DNA of 63,238 bases, filler included, from Cercozoa sp. M6MM (GCA_040357565.1; 11 parts of 11 records of this genome joined end to end with filler, not necessarily neighbours in it); one strand, 5' to 3'; positions 23,350 through 36,583 are shown, numbered from the whole stretch's first letter. The notes: generated by a model from the letters alone, not told the origin. Program-made: numbers and translations.

Positions 23350-24021
23350 CTAACCCAAGTGACCGACGCCACCGTAGGCACTGTGTCCGTCGCTAGCCAG
23401 GTAGCCACCGGAGTAGCCTTTGTTCGAGTACGAGGCTGCACTGTTGTCGTAGCCAGCATTGTAGCCGCCGTGGCTCGGATTGCCGTAGCCACCGTAGTTG
23501 TGGTTGTCGTAGCCATACGAGGTGTCATAGCCGTATGAGTCGTCGTAGCCCTGGCCGTACGAGTTGTCGTAGCCCTGGCCGTACGAGTTGCCGTAGCCTT
23601 GGCTGTTGTAGTCGCTGTCGTACCTGCTCAGTGGTGCAGACAGTAAATTACGCTAGGAACAACCACTGCAAGGGGAACAAAAGAGGAGGGCACCCGTAGG
23701 CAGGCTGCTGACCGTAGGCAGGCTGATGGCCGTAGGCAGGCTGCTGACCGTAGACCGGCTGCTGACCGTAGCCGTAGCCCTGTCCGTAGCCCTGTCCGTA
23801 ACCTTGTCCGTAGCCCCGTCCGTAGCCTTGTTCGTAGCTCTGTCCGTAGCCGTACCTGTGGTAGACACAACATAATTAGACAGTTTCAGAAAAAAACAAA
23901 GCGCACAAAGAGACTGCGGTACGAGTGCTTGGGGGCAGCAGGGCGCATGAACTTGATCACAATCTCCGATGGCAGCACCGACAGGAACGGACCGTCAGCG
24001 TTTGTGGTGTCAGTCGGGGGG
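23350..24021 (-). CDS. Gly/Tyr/Gln-rich repetitive (wall/structural-like) protein, C-terminal part
   Basis: Exons encode (YGQG)n, (YGQQPA)n and (YGQGYDNS)n, ending YGGVGHLG*. Confidence 0.7.
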
Positions 24022-24121
24022 NNNNNNNNNNNNNNNNNNNNNNNNNNNNNNNNNNNNNNNNNNNNTTAATTAATTAANNNNNNNNNNNNNNNNNNNNNNN
24101 NNNNNNNNNNNNNNNNNNNNN

Positions 24122-25881
24122 AATGTGGAGGCAGCACCGCGTGTGACAAGAGCATCGTCCAGCAGCGTCAACAGGCGTCGAATGTCGTTCAGTGACACCG
24201 TCAAATTCTGACTCTGCATGGCCGCTCCTGGAACACTGCACAACCGGGGGGGTAAAGGGGCAAAGGGTAGGGTAAAGGGTAGGTCAGGGTAGGCTAGGAT
24301 AGGCTAGGATAGGCTAGGGTAGGTCAGGGTAGGCTAGGGTAGGGTAGGGTAGGTCAGGGTATAAGATAGGCTAGGGTAGGCTAGGATAGGCTAGGATAGG
24401 CTAGGATAGGCTAGGGGTGGGGTAGGCAGTACCTATGTGCCTCATCAAAGATAAGCACAGCCTGCTTGAGGTCGATCTGCATGGACTGCCGAATACGCGC
24501 GTCCAGGACATAGTTGTACGGACACAACACCAGGTCGGCTCCCTCGGCGCGCTGCCGGGCACCAAAGAAACCGCACGCGCCCGCCGATTTGGCAAATGCC
24601 GCCAGTTCCTCCACATCATGTGCACTCTCTAACGAAGCCTGCGGGAAACGGAGGACAACAACAAGGGTAACAAGGGAGGTAACACGCAGGTAAACAGGAG
24701 GAACAAGGAAAGGGTATCAGGGGGGTCAAAACATGAGTAAGAAGGGTTAAAAAAGGAATAAGGAAGGAAAAAGTAAGAGACCGATCGAGAAACAGCGGCG
24801 GTCTTTTGTTGTATCGAAGTGTCGTCGAACATTTTCAGTCTGCGCAGCGGTTTCTCCTGCCGTTTCTCTTGTTGTTTCTCTTGTTGTTTCTCTTGTTGTT
24901 TTTCTGGCTCCACCGCGCAGTTCCCATGAGTGCGCAGCGGAAGTTTTAGCCTAGTGGAGGGATGAGGGAGATAAAGGGCGACGGGGCAATATAAGAGAGT
25001 AAACTGGGAAGAGAGGGGCAAAGGGTAAACAGAAAGGCACTTGTGCGCCTGCAGAAAGTGAGGACAACGCATGTTCGACACTGCCTGCCGACAGCCTTCG
25101 TTCACGTCCTGGGTTGAGTTGAAACAACAGCACACGTTAAATTACAGACTTGCACATGACATACCCCTCACATGGTTTCCTTATATGCCTCAAGTGATAC
25201 CGCACTTCGGTGCACCCGCGAATTCGAACACAGACGCTTCCGCGCACCCTATGCTTTCTCGCATTTCCTTCAAGCAAGCAGAAGACACACATAAACTGTA
25301 CCAACACGGCCATACGAACTCCGTTGGCGTACTTCGTCTTTTTCAACTCGGAAACCATCTGCAAAATGCTAAATTAGAACAAGAAGATTAAGTGCACTGA
25401 GTTCAGAGAACCTGCGCCAGCTGTCCGTGCGTTCGAGACATAAGGTAGACCGTGGGAACCTTGAGTTTGCTGTCCAAAGCTTTCGCCTTTTTGTTGTTTG
25501 CAGAATCATCTTTACGCAGACTCTGACGTTGAGGCACCTGCTGCAGCTTTTTGCGCTGCTCTTCGCGCTGCCAGGCCTTTGGGGCAACAAATGGAACAGT
25601 CCGAACTGGACAACTACGCCGAAAAACAAAAGAAAAGACACCAAACAGGCGCAAAGCAGCGCAAGCGATTTGCCTGTGCCAGTCGGAGACTCGAGCAGCG
25701 CGTGTCTTTGACGAGTGAGCGCATTTAGCGTCTGAAACAAAGAAAAACAAGTCAAACTGTAAAAATTCGATGAAAGGTCAACTGCAACTCGAGATGGAAC
25801 CTGCTGCATCAGACGCTTTTGCTCGTGGTACGGCGTGAAAGGAAAATGCACGGGCATGCCGTACATTAACAGCTGAACCAT
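24122..25881 (-). CDS. Fe-S DEAH DNA helicase, FANCJ/RTEL1 family (3'-truncated)
   Basis: VHFPFTPY..Q, ALLESPTGTGKSLALLCACL, SRTHGQLAQ, four Fe-S Cys, LVLCPYNYVLD..IR, LIFDEAH. Confidence 0.9.
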
Positions 25882-26178
25882 GGCAGGCGACAAGGATCAA
25901 CTGAGTCGAACTGTGTGCACGCGGGAATCTCAGCGAACGACCAAAAAATCCTTCTGAAGCTTCTGTCGCGCGATCGGACTGCAAACCTGGCAACTAATCA
26001 CTGCATGTGTCCCGATGAAGTGTGCCACAGCGCTGGTATCGCGAGAGTGCAAGCATCGGCTCAAAAAGTGGCGGCTGCACCGGCTCGAGTGAGTTTTGGT
26101 TTTGTGAAAATTCCAGATTTGCTCGCGATTGTAGGCAGCTGGCACACATTGGCGTGACTTTGGAGTGTTTACTTCCCA

Positions 26179-27542
26179 ATGTCAGTGCCACAGCAATCGG
26201 CCGAGTTTGCCAAAACCTGGGCTGGTCGAAATGAGGACTACAAGTTCGATGCCGAGGGTCGGTTTTGTGTGTTCGCAGTGTTGCGTGCCTTGAGGAGAGT
26301 TAGTGGCAGTGGTTGTGATGTATGGGTGAGTGCGCAGGCATCGAGGCGCAGAAGCAGGCGGCGCCGTGGGCCAAGGACCCGTTGTACTTCAAAAAGTGTC
26401 GTGTGACGGCACTGGCGACCATGAAGATGCTGAAGCATGCGCTGGCCGGTGTGCACAAGGGCGAGGCGCAAGGTAGCAAGCCGATCGAGATCATGGGCCT
26501 GCTGATCGGCAAGAGCACCGGCAGCACGGTGGTGGTAACGGACGCCTACCCACTGCCGGTGGAAGGCACCGAGTCACGCGTGATCGCCGATGACGACGGT
26601 GTCATGAACTACATGATCAACCTCAGTGAGTCGCTCGAAGGCACGCGCAACGAGCGCTTCATCGGGTGGTACCACTCGCATCCTTTCGACGTCGGCCAGC
26701 ACTCGCACTGCTTCCTGAGTACCACGGACGTCCAGACGCAGCTCAACTGGCAGCGCGTGCTGGACGCGCGCTGGGTGGTAGACCCTCTGCCCTTACCCTC
26801 TGCCCTTACCCTCTACCCTACCTCTTCCTCTTTACCCCCCCCCCTACCCCAGGGAATCGTGGTGGATCCATTGCGATCGCTGGCGAAACAAGAACCGACG
26901 TTTGCGGCCTTCCGTGCCTATCCGCCTGACTATAGGTACTACCTATCACCTACCTAGCCCCCGACCCTACCCCTACCTATCCACCTCCCTCAGTCCCCCA
27001 GCCAACACGTGTCCCGACATGGAAGTGCACGCGGACAAGGCCTTCCGACAGGAGCGCTGGGGCCACGGCAGCGACCGGTACTACCAGCTGCACGTGGACT
27101 ACGCGCTGTCCGGCCTGGGCGCACACCTGCTCGACGTCATGGCACGCAAGTCGCTCTGGATGCGTGTGCTGTCGTCGGCGCCCGCTCTTGACGCCGCCGC
27201 GCGGATGCAGCTCGGCGAGCGTGCGCAGCGCCTGTCCGCGCGGCTCTCTCTGGCGCCTCCGAACCGACAGCGTGCACTGCCGTCCTTCACCGAAGATGCG
27301 CCTGTCGACTTAGGTACATCCCGCCTGCTTACCTACACTCACCCCTACCCCCCCCCTCAGTGCAACTAGACACGGTGACACTGCGCGAAGCCAGTGGTCT
27401 GCAGCAGCATGCCGATGTGGCCGCCGACATGGCCATCGAGCAGTGCCAGGCACACGCCTCGCAGACACTCAAACACATCGTGTTCGACTCCTCGCACGAA
27501 ACTACCGCTCACACGGCCGCCGACACACGTTCAGACGAGTGA
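26179..27542 (+). CDS. CSN5: COP9 signalosome subunit 5 (JAMM isopeptidase)
   Basis: PWAKDPLYFKK, EIMGLLIG, LPVEGTESRV, GWYHSHP..LSTTD, IVVDPLRS, AFRAYP, YYQL. Confidence 0.95.
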
Positions 27543-27900
27543 ACTGTCCTGTACTTTTAGCTACTCATACCATCAACGTCGAGTAGCACCGCATATGTAA
27601 AACCATCTCGCTTTGGCTCGGTCAACGTGAAACGCCTTAATCTTTCTCGATATCAGCCAGCCAGCACGAAACACGCTCGTAATCTGCGCTGCGCTGTGCA
27701 CGAATACTCTACATAGTGTGAACGTACGGGTTTCGGCAATTAAGCCCGGGAATTTGGCAATCAGCCAATCTAGGCAAAGGTGCGCGCATTCCTCTGCACT
27801 TGTGCTTGCGCGGCCTGCGCTGGTTGCTTTCGGGTCCTGTTATTGCTTTCCGTGCTAGCGTGTTGTGTCTCTGCAGGATTGGGGAGAGCAGCACGGTGAA

Positions 27901-28387
27901 ATGGAGCAGTTCGCGATCGCGCCGGAGATGCAGCGTCGCATGCAGCGTCGCGAGCCGTTCTTCTCATTTGAATTCTTTGCTCCAAAGGTGCAGTCGCTGC
28001 CTCTTTACCTTCCTTAAGCCTGACCCTCTTTTTACTCTCTCCTTCCCCTTATTCCCCAGGCGGTGGATGGTATGGCGAACCTGTTTGCGCGCATTGAACG
28101 AATGAGCGTGCTGGAGCCGCTGTTTGTGGATGTCACTTGGACGAGGTATAACTTCCGTCGTATGCACTGTCCTTCTCGATTGTTAATATGTTATATATAC
28201 CGCTTGTATGTATCGTTCATATGTACCGTCCATATGTACCGTCCGTATGTACCGTCCTATGTTTCGTTGCTGCGTGTGAAGGGGAGAACGATCGCTCGAG
28301 GTGGCCAAGGTGGCGGCGCAGTACTGCGGCGTCAATGTGATGCTGCACCTGTCGCTCACCGACATGACGCGCGCCGAGCTGCTGCAG
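27901..28387 (+). CDS. MTHFR: Methylenetetrahydrofolate reductase, N-terminal part
   Basis: FFSFEFFAPK, GMANLFARIERM..EPLFVDVTW, AQYCGVNVMLHL. Confidence 0.9.
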
Positions 28388-28399
28388 GTTCGTGTTTTA

Positions 28400-28437
<38 letters not shown>

Positions 28438-28546
28438 CGGGGGGGGNNNNNNNNNNNNNNNNNNNNNNNNNNNNNNNNNNNNNNNNNNNNTTAATTAATT
28501 AANNNNNNNNNNNNNNNNNNNNNNNNNNNNNNNNNNNNNNNNNNNN

Positions 28547-28589
<43 letters not shown>

Positions 28590-28594
<5 letters not shown>

Positions 28595-29830
28595 GATGAC
28601 TGCCGGGCTTGTTACGTAGGAAGCAACAGCACGCGTGCGACGAATCGCACGACAAAGCTGTCACCTGGGCACGCCAGCAGCTGTTTCATCATGTAGCCTT
28701 TCATCGCACCAGCTTTTCTGCAGGTTGCGTCATGTTAAAGAGTACTCTGCAGAGTCCGCCGGCACTGTTGGTGGGCGTGCTGCGTCGTTTGACGCGTCAG
28801 ATTCTTTTTGACTGCTGCGACGCGCACTGGTCGGTCTGAGTCTCTCCTCCACATTCTCGAACAAGCTTTGCTGTGATACCTGCCGTACGCCTCTGCAGGC
28901 GAGCTGTCTGCGACAAAGTGCCGCTGAACAAGTCGCTGCGCATCTTTGCGCCGACGAATTTGGTGCTTGCTTTCAATCTCTTGACTGACCAAAAACTGAA
29001 AACAAGCTGGAAAAACTGAGAACCTGAAAAAAACTGAAAAACTGAACTGTTGCAAACAGATCGAAGATGCCACACTGCTGACGCAGGTCAAGCAGCTCCT
29101 GTGCGACTCCGAGCGCAGTGTACACGAGTTTGATGATCTTTATTTGACTTGCGTGCTGGTTAAGGCCTCTTTTTTGGACACAGGCAGCGCTCACGGTACT
29201 CTGTCTGACTGAAGCGGGCGGGCGAGTACACTTGAACAACGCCTACGAAGTTTTGCGCCAGGAGGCCGCTGAGGTACCTCTTCTGTTGCTTCAGAGGTAT
29301 TGTACTGTACTTCGAGGTATTTTAGAACCTCGCCGACCCGCGAGCGCTCTTGCAACTTGCGGTATTTTGTCAGTATTTGTGAAAATACAGAAAATCTCAT
29401 GAATGTAATTTTAGATCTCACTGGCCGCACTGAAAAAAACAGCAGCCGCGTTAGTCGCTCTACAACGTGCGGTACCGTTTTTTTTTTGGTCTCTCTGGTG
29501 TCTCATGCCTCGACACACTGGGACATTACCCAGGCCTCCAACGCTGTCGACTCGGGCGATGCCGTCACTGCTGTGCGAGCTCACACGCTTATCTCAGACG
29601 TATTACGCTTTTCCTTGGTCCAGTTGTGATTCACTGCGTCTGTTTTCTGCAGATGTGTCTGCGCCAAGTGTGCTATTTCCACGAGGCACAGAAATTCGCT
29701 TTGCGTGCCTTGCATCGGTTCTTTTGGCTCAACTGAACTTTTGGATTTTTTTGTTATTTTCTCCAACTGTAGCTGCCGAGCGCACCAGCGCGTCACAGTC
29801 GGTGCCTAGTTGTTCTAATGCTTGTGTGTG
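28590..29830 (-). CDS. Hypothetical spliced gene (model unresolved)
   Basis: Exon-like segments (ILTKYRKLQERSRVGEVLKYLEVQY; HASQIKIIKLVYTALGVAQELLDL; EIESKHQIRRR) between T-rich acceptors. Confidence 0.35.
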
Positions 29831-30066
29831 CCTTCATGGACAGTATGTGTGCCATTTAGAGGGCAAACGTGACTCGTCAGTATCTCCCGGATTAGCCAGA
29901 GTTTTCGCATTTTCACGGCCCTCGGTCTGTGGTACAGTTGCTCGTTGGATGGGTTATTTGGCGTGTTCGCTTTTCAAGGATTGTGTGCCTAGGCACGGGT
30001 GATGTCAGTTCCGGCAGCGAGTCGACGTACCTTGCTGTTTTTCTTAAGTGGGCTAAGCAAATAACG

Positions 30067-30164
30067 ATGTTTGTTTGGACGCAGAACGCAGGAGGAACGA
30101 CAGATTCCGGTCACCAAGAATGCCCAGTTACGGGTTCTGCACGCTGCGGCGCTGACGAGGTTTG

Positions 30165-30203
<39 letters not shown>

Positions 30204-30606
30204 TTTGAGGGGGAAATACGAACATGACGCGTGTGTGCAGATACGCGATGGCGCAGTTGCTGCACGCCGAGACGTCTCCGGGCGTTTCTTTCGCCCAGAG
30301 ACAGGTGTGCCACCTTTCAGCTTGTGTTCAGTTTTTGCTTTGAGCGACAGCTTTTTGTTGGGAGGACAGGAGACGCGCGAAGAAGCGTTGCGAAACTTTC
30401 GCGCCGTTTTGGCCGCCGACAGCACCTCGCGCATCGTGAGTCTTGCCTCACTCTCGCTACTGTTGTGGTTTTCTGTTGCTGTTTTTTGCTGTTTTCCTGT
30501 TGTTGCTGTTTATGTTCTGTGTTTTCGAAAGGCGCAAGTGGGCGAAACGGCAGCGCTGTGCGCGTTGCGGCGTTTCTCGCTGGCTCGGTGTGTGTGTATG
30601 TATGTA

Positions 30607-30657
<51 letters not shown>

Positions 30658-30667
30658 NNNNNNNNNN

Positions 30668-30716
<49 letters not shown>

Positions 30717-32927
30717 CAAGCCTCTTTACCCCTTACTTCTTACCCCTCACCCCTTACTTTTTACCCCTCACCCCTTACTTCAGCCCTTACCATCTTTACC
30801 CCGTACCCCTTTTACTCCTCCCCTCCCACTCTAGGCGAACAGCACGCAAGATGTTGGCGTCGGGCGATGATGCACACATCCCTTGTACCCCTTACTCCTT
30901 GCTCTTGCTCCTTGCCCCTTGCTCCCTGCCCCCTGCCCCTTGGCCCCTTATCCCTTGGTCTGAGGCAGCGTGGTTGCTGCTGACGTTCGCGCTGCACGGA
31001 GAACGCGGCGACGCGGCTCACGCACTGCGCGTGCTCGATCAGTCGCTGCGACTCTACGTGCCGTGTAAGTGTCAGCTTCCCCGCGTGCTCCTCCCCACGT
31101 GCTCACTCTGATCGCACCCGTATTGTGTGCAGCGTTTTTCGACACGCCTACCGTGTCCTACGTGCGACCGAGCTACCAGATACGTGACACGTGGACGGCA
31201 CGTGCCGGTGCCTCGCTGTCGGCCAGGTGAGACCCTTCTATGGGGGGTCAAGGGACTAAAGGGGATAGACACTCCTGTCTGTGCTGCAGTGCGCGCGCAC
31301 TAATGTCGGAACTGCGTGCCTCTCTCTTGGTACTGCACTCAGTACCTCGAACAAGTTTGTTCTCCACGTGTTATCTTGTTTTTGGCAGGTCGAACTGGAA
31401 GCTTACGACGATGCAATCGAAGAACTCACGCGCTGCGCTCTCCCTGGTATTTCTACCCCCCCCCCCCCCTCTCTCCTTTATCTCTTCACCCCTTCTTTTA
31501 CCCCCCTACCCCGCGGGGCAGTGTTCGAAGCAGCCGATGTGCGCACGGTGCCGTTCGAGTCGCCGTTCGCACTGGCGTCCTCGCTGCTGTACTGCCTGTT
31601 CCTGTCCAGTTTGGACCTTGTCTAGTTTGGACCTGTTTGGACCTGTCCATTTGTACCTGTCCATTTGTGCCTGTCTACTTGTACCTGTCTATTTGTACCT
31701 GTACCTGTCCATACTGTCCAGCGGCAAGGGCGGCACACTGCGCTTCCGACACGAACGCGTCAGCGAAAGCGAAAACAGTCGCGACGAGAAGAAAATGGCC
31801 GTTTTTGGCGTCGGCTCTACCGCCAACGTGCGCGCACTGTGCGTTTCTCCTTTCTCGTATTTTCCGCGTGGCTGGGGCCGCTGGCAAAATTCAAAAAAAA
31901 AGTACAAAAAAGGTTGTTTGCACACACAGACAGGAGGAGCTGCAGCAGAACGAAATTGCCGCTGCTTTGGACTGCAACGACGGTTGGACTCCCTACTCTC
32001 TACTCTTTGGGGGGGGGGGGGGGGGGGGGGGGGNNNNNNNNNNNNNNNNNNNNNNNNNNNNNNNNNNNNNNNNNNNNNNNNNNNNNNNNNNNNNNNNNNN
32101 NNNNNNNNNNNNNNNNNNNNNNNNNNNNNNNNNCCGAATTCAGACCTGGCGGCGCAGGCGTTCAACGATCCGAACGAAGCTCGTATTCGGGTAGCAGTGT
32201 TTGTACAAGTACCTCGGTGTGGATGCGTGGACACGCTTGTGCGCAGATACTGCTGGCACTGGCACGTGTGTACCGTCGCTGCGCGTGTCTGCAGCAGGCG
32301 ACGCTGCGCGACGGTTTCGAAGTGACGCATCTCACCGGCGACTTTGCCGAGGCCGCTGTGGTTTATCCCGCTTTCTTACCCCTTTGGGCCCCCCCCCCCC
32401 CCCATTACCCTCTCCCCTCTCGCAGGGCTGCGTCGCACGTGCCACGCGACTGGCATCTTCGTAACTTTAACCTATCGACAGGAGGGGGTACAAGAGTTGT
32501 AATTACCTTGTGCAGACCCCTGTGGCTGGCGCGAAGTCACCTGTCGCGAGCGCGACTGCACTTTGCTCTGGGCGACCGCGCGGCCGCCGGTGTGGCACTT
32601 GAGGCACGTTACCCTCCTGATTCCCACTCCCTCTTTATCCCCTCATCCTCCAGAGTGCCAAAGCGGCCGCTCCGTCGGAAACGCGCGTGTTTGCAGCGCA
32701 CTTTGCCTTGCTTAAGGGTAGTTTTCCCGTCTGTGTGACCACATATGTCCTGTCCTAGTCCTGTCCTAGTCCTGTCCTAGTCCTGTCCTAGTCCTATCTG
32801 GTACGCGTGTTTTCCCAGGTGAATTGGCCGAGGCGCAGGCGCAGGCGGAGCGACACCTCATGCGCGACGGCGCTTGTCACGCCGCCTGGCGCATCCTCGC
32901 GCGCACGCGTCTTTCTCTGGGGTACCA

Positions 32928-32958
<31 letters not shown>

Positions 32959-33177
32959 GATATAGATATACATATACTATATATATATATATATATATAT
33001 ATGATGTGCACATATAAATTCGCCTGCTACAGAGACGTGGCAGGCGCGGCCGAGGCGCAGCTGGCGGCGGCCGATCTGCAGCGGCACGCCGCCGACTCGC
33101 TGGTTGTTGACGCCGACGACGAGTCGACCGCCGTCTCGCTGGGCGACCTGCTGCTGGCCACGCGTGACATGTGGTGA
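30067..33177 (+). CDS. TPR protein, TTC7/YPP1-like
   Basis: AWLLLTFAL..DAAHALRVLDQSLRLY and C-terminal RDGACHAAWRILARTRLSLG/DVAGAAEAQLAAADL resemble TTC7 TPRs; many short exons. Confidence 0.5.
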
Positions 33178-33323
33178 ACCCCGTTGACACGACATAACGT
33201 ACTGTAACTTGCAGCGGCAAACCCAACTGAACCACCCGTTTCAGTTTGGTGTTACACTGAATCAATAGCTAAACGAACGAATGGAAACTGAAACCACCCC
33301 ACACCCGTGGTTGGAGGACGAGA

Positions 33324-33541
33324 TTAGTTCCACTGCAGGTCGAGCACGAGACTGCGCACACGAAAGGGACAATACTCGACCAGTTGCAGAACAACGGGGG
33401 GGGGGGGGGTACCTGTCGGAGACCGAGACGCCGAGGTCGCGCACCGTGAGCTGGCACACGCGCGTGTGCGCAAAGTACTCGGTCGTAAAGTCGAGGTCCG
33501 CCTTGGGACCTGTCAGCACATCCATGTGTGCATAATATATC

Positions 33542-33581
<40 letters not shown>

Positions 33582-34825
33582 AGGAGTAAGGGTACGGTTG
33601 TTGACGCTGCCCGTGAGACCCTCCGAATCGCAACTGCACACCATGAGGGGGGGGGCGGATATACTATATAAACCCTGGTCTGACAATACGCAGTACAGTT
33701 CCTCGGTGGTATCGACAAAGGTGACAACGACAGCCTCCAGCGGCATTGTCTGAGCGGCCGACTGGGGAAGCAGGGGGAAGGGGGTAAGGGGTAAAGGGGG
33801 TAAGGGGTAAAGGGGGTAAGAGGGGGTAAAGGGGGTAAGAGGGGGGTAAATTACGTAGTTGCTCTGCGTGGGACGCGCCACGAACTGGAAGGAGCGCGAC
33901 TTGAGCGCAGCACGCAGCGTCACCTCGAGTGCCTCGCGACCGGCCTCGACGTCCAGACCGTCGTCCAGGAAGAGCGACCCAGTGGCGGCACCGTCATCAC
34001 CAGTGAACACGTGGTACTGCACTGGTCGCTGCTGCCAGTCGGCCGTGTTCATGATGCCCTGCACACATAGTCAAGACATTTGCCCCCCCTTAACCCCCGT
34101 GTTACGACAACATACCGCGGTATCACGACGTGGCAGAATGCTGCCGCCGCGCACGTGCACATGGATCGGGTTCTGCACTCAGTCAGTCAGTCAGTCAGTC
34201 AGTGGGTCAGTCGGTGGGGTCAGTGTGCGCACGTGCCAACCGAGAGGGTACCTCAGGCAGACGCGCGTCCAGCGAGCGACGGTGTCCGCGGCCGAGCAGC
34301 ACGGCACCCGGCGTCATGAGGTCGTACCACACGGCACGTGGCAGGTACACCGACACCGATGTGGCGCCCTCGTGCATCACCGGCGACACCAGGATCGCGT
34401 CGCCCACCTACTCTCACCCCATCTTACTTCCTCTTTACCCCCCTCCCTTCCAGAAGAAACCTACCATGAACTGCTCCTCGAGTTCCCAAGTCTCCTGCTC
34501 GTCGCCAAAGTGCATCCACACCGGGTCCAGCACGGTGCCGCCCTGTGCAGAGAGCAGGCAGAGTGTCAGGTGGAGGGTCAGGTAGAGGGTCAGCTAGAGG
34601 GTCAGGTAGAGGGTCAGACCAGCGTGTGCGCGCGGAAGAAGAGCGTGTTGTAGTAGTCCAGGAGCGAGTACTTGAGGTGACCGACACGTCGAGTGACGCG
34701 AGCGACCTGATCCCACAGGTAAGGCCACTGCGGCGGCAGGTGGATGGCGTTGTGATTGCGACTGAACGTGTAGAAGTGGCCCAGTGCCTGCCAACGCGCA
34801 CACAGCTCCTCCGTCGGTACGCCTG
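33324..34825 (-). CDS. Glycoside hydrolase family 31 (alpha-glucosidase), C-terminal half
   Basis: EELCARWQALGHFYTFSRNHN, KYSLLDYYNTLF, QFM/VGDAILVSPV, VYLPRAVWYD, HVRGGSILP, ATGSLFLDDG. Confidence 0.92.
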
Positions 34826-34972
34826 CCCAGTATACCCCCCTATACCCCCATCCCATGTCGACCCCCCCCCCCNNNNNNNNNNNNNNNNNNNNNNNNNNNN
34901 NNNNNNNNNNNNNNNNTTAATTAATTAANNNNNNNNNNNNNNNNNNNNNNNNNNNNNNNNNNNNNNNNNNNN

Positions 34973-35012
<40 letters not shown>

Positions 35013-35044
35013 GGGTAAGCAGGGGGTAACGTGGGAAAGACCCA

Positions 35045-36251
35045 CCTGCAGGAAGGGCGCCTGCGTGTCCTTGGTGATCAAGTGCACACGTGTCTCGGTC
35101 TCCATGTCCACGTCGAGCGGGTCGTACCTACCACGTGTCCATGTGATCGATCACTCACAGTCACTCAGTTCGATCACTCAGTTCGATCACTCTGCTCGGT
35201 CTGAGTGAGACTCACTTGTCGCGCAGACCGACGCCACTGGCCTCCAGTCGCGCGTCCCACCACCTACGCACACACACACGTGCCAACTGAGTGGACCACG
35301 TGCCAAGTGGGCCACGTGCCAACTGAGTGGACCACGTGCCAACTGAGTGGACCACGTGCCAACCTACCGTTCGTTCTGAGTCTGCCGGTGCTGCGCGCGC
35401 AGCGACATTCGCTGCTGCCGCTTTTGCTGCGCGCAAATACAACAAATACCACAACAGCAAACAACAACACACATACAGAAACAACAACAAATACCAAATA
35501 CAACAACAAATACCAAAGTACACCAACAGATACCAAAAAGAACATACAGTACCAGAAAAGTACGGAAGACAAACAGGCAAAAATACAAGAAAACCCTCCA
35601 GGAAAATACAAGAAAATACAAGGAAAATACAAGAAATACAAAACAGCAGAAAAATACGGTAATGAGCGCAATTTCGCGCTCGAATTTCTTCTCGTCGCCG
35701 ACGAACTTCTTGGCCGTGTCGTCGCCTGCAGAAGTGAGGCAGCAGTCATACATGCACACCACGAAGTGGACCGTCCAAACGGACGGGACACCCTGGCTAC
35801 GGGGAAGGCAGGAGAAACGCACCTTGCTCGTCATACCACTGCCGGTCGAATTCGGCGTCCACGACGCGTTCGTAGCGATCGCCTTTCTCTGCACCAATCA
35901 ATCAGTCCAGTCCAGTCCAGTCCAGTCCAGTTCAGTCCAGTCCAGTCCAGTCCAGTCCAGTCCAAGTTGGTCCAGATAGTACCATGACGGTCCAGTGCAC
36001 GACGAGAGAACTCGCGCCAGTCGCCACGACCGGGCTTCTCCTCGCGCGAGTACGACGACGTCGACGACTTCAAAAAACACACACAAAATACAGTGTACTA
36101 GTTCGCACTTAGTGCAACACCAACTCACCCGAGACGACGCTCCACGACCGGTGCGACGTCCCTGGAGCATTCGCGACTGACGGGACTCATCCACGCGGTC
36201 CCGTTCCGAGTGACGGCTCCGCGCGGAAGAGTACCTCCGTGAAGTTGACAT
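35045..36251 (-). CDS. PRP16: Pre-mRNA splicing helicase PRP16/DHX38, N-terminal region
   Basis: Arg-rich start, EFDRQWYDEQ, RQTQNER/WWDARLEASGV, DMETETRVHLITKDTQAPFLQ match the conserved PRP16 N-terminal motifs. Confidence 0.7.
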
Positions 36252-36583
36252 CTCAAAACAAAATGGGCTTTTTTCTTGGTTCTGTCGCCGTCAACCAGGC
36301 GTCAGAGCTACGTTAGGCGGTAATCCCTAATGTACGCACACGCCGTCACAGCACCAGAACGCACGGAATGCGAGTTTCACGTTTTAGTTGCTATCGCCGA
36401 CTTAACAAATTCGCAAAACGCAGCCTTAAAAGAATAAGCACAGCGAGAGATTACGCAGTGCCCGGGCGTGTGCAGACCAAACGAACAACAGGTGGCGTGC
36501 GCGACAGCCTGAATAGTCATTGTGTCGACACAAATACAGTCGCACGTCGAAATTTGGGATTCACTCGAGCTGCTCATCCAAAG

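Noticed and set aside
24247-24425. TAGGG-rich tract as a telomere
   Set aside because: It lies within an intron of the helicase gene, is heterogeneous and is not terminal.
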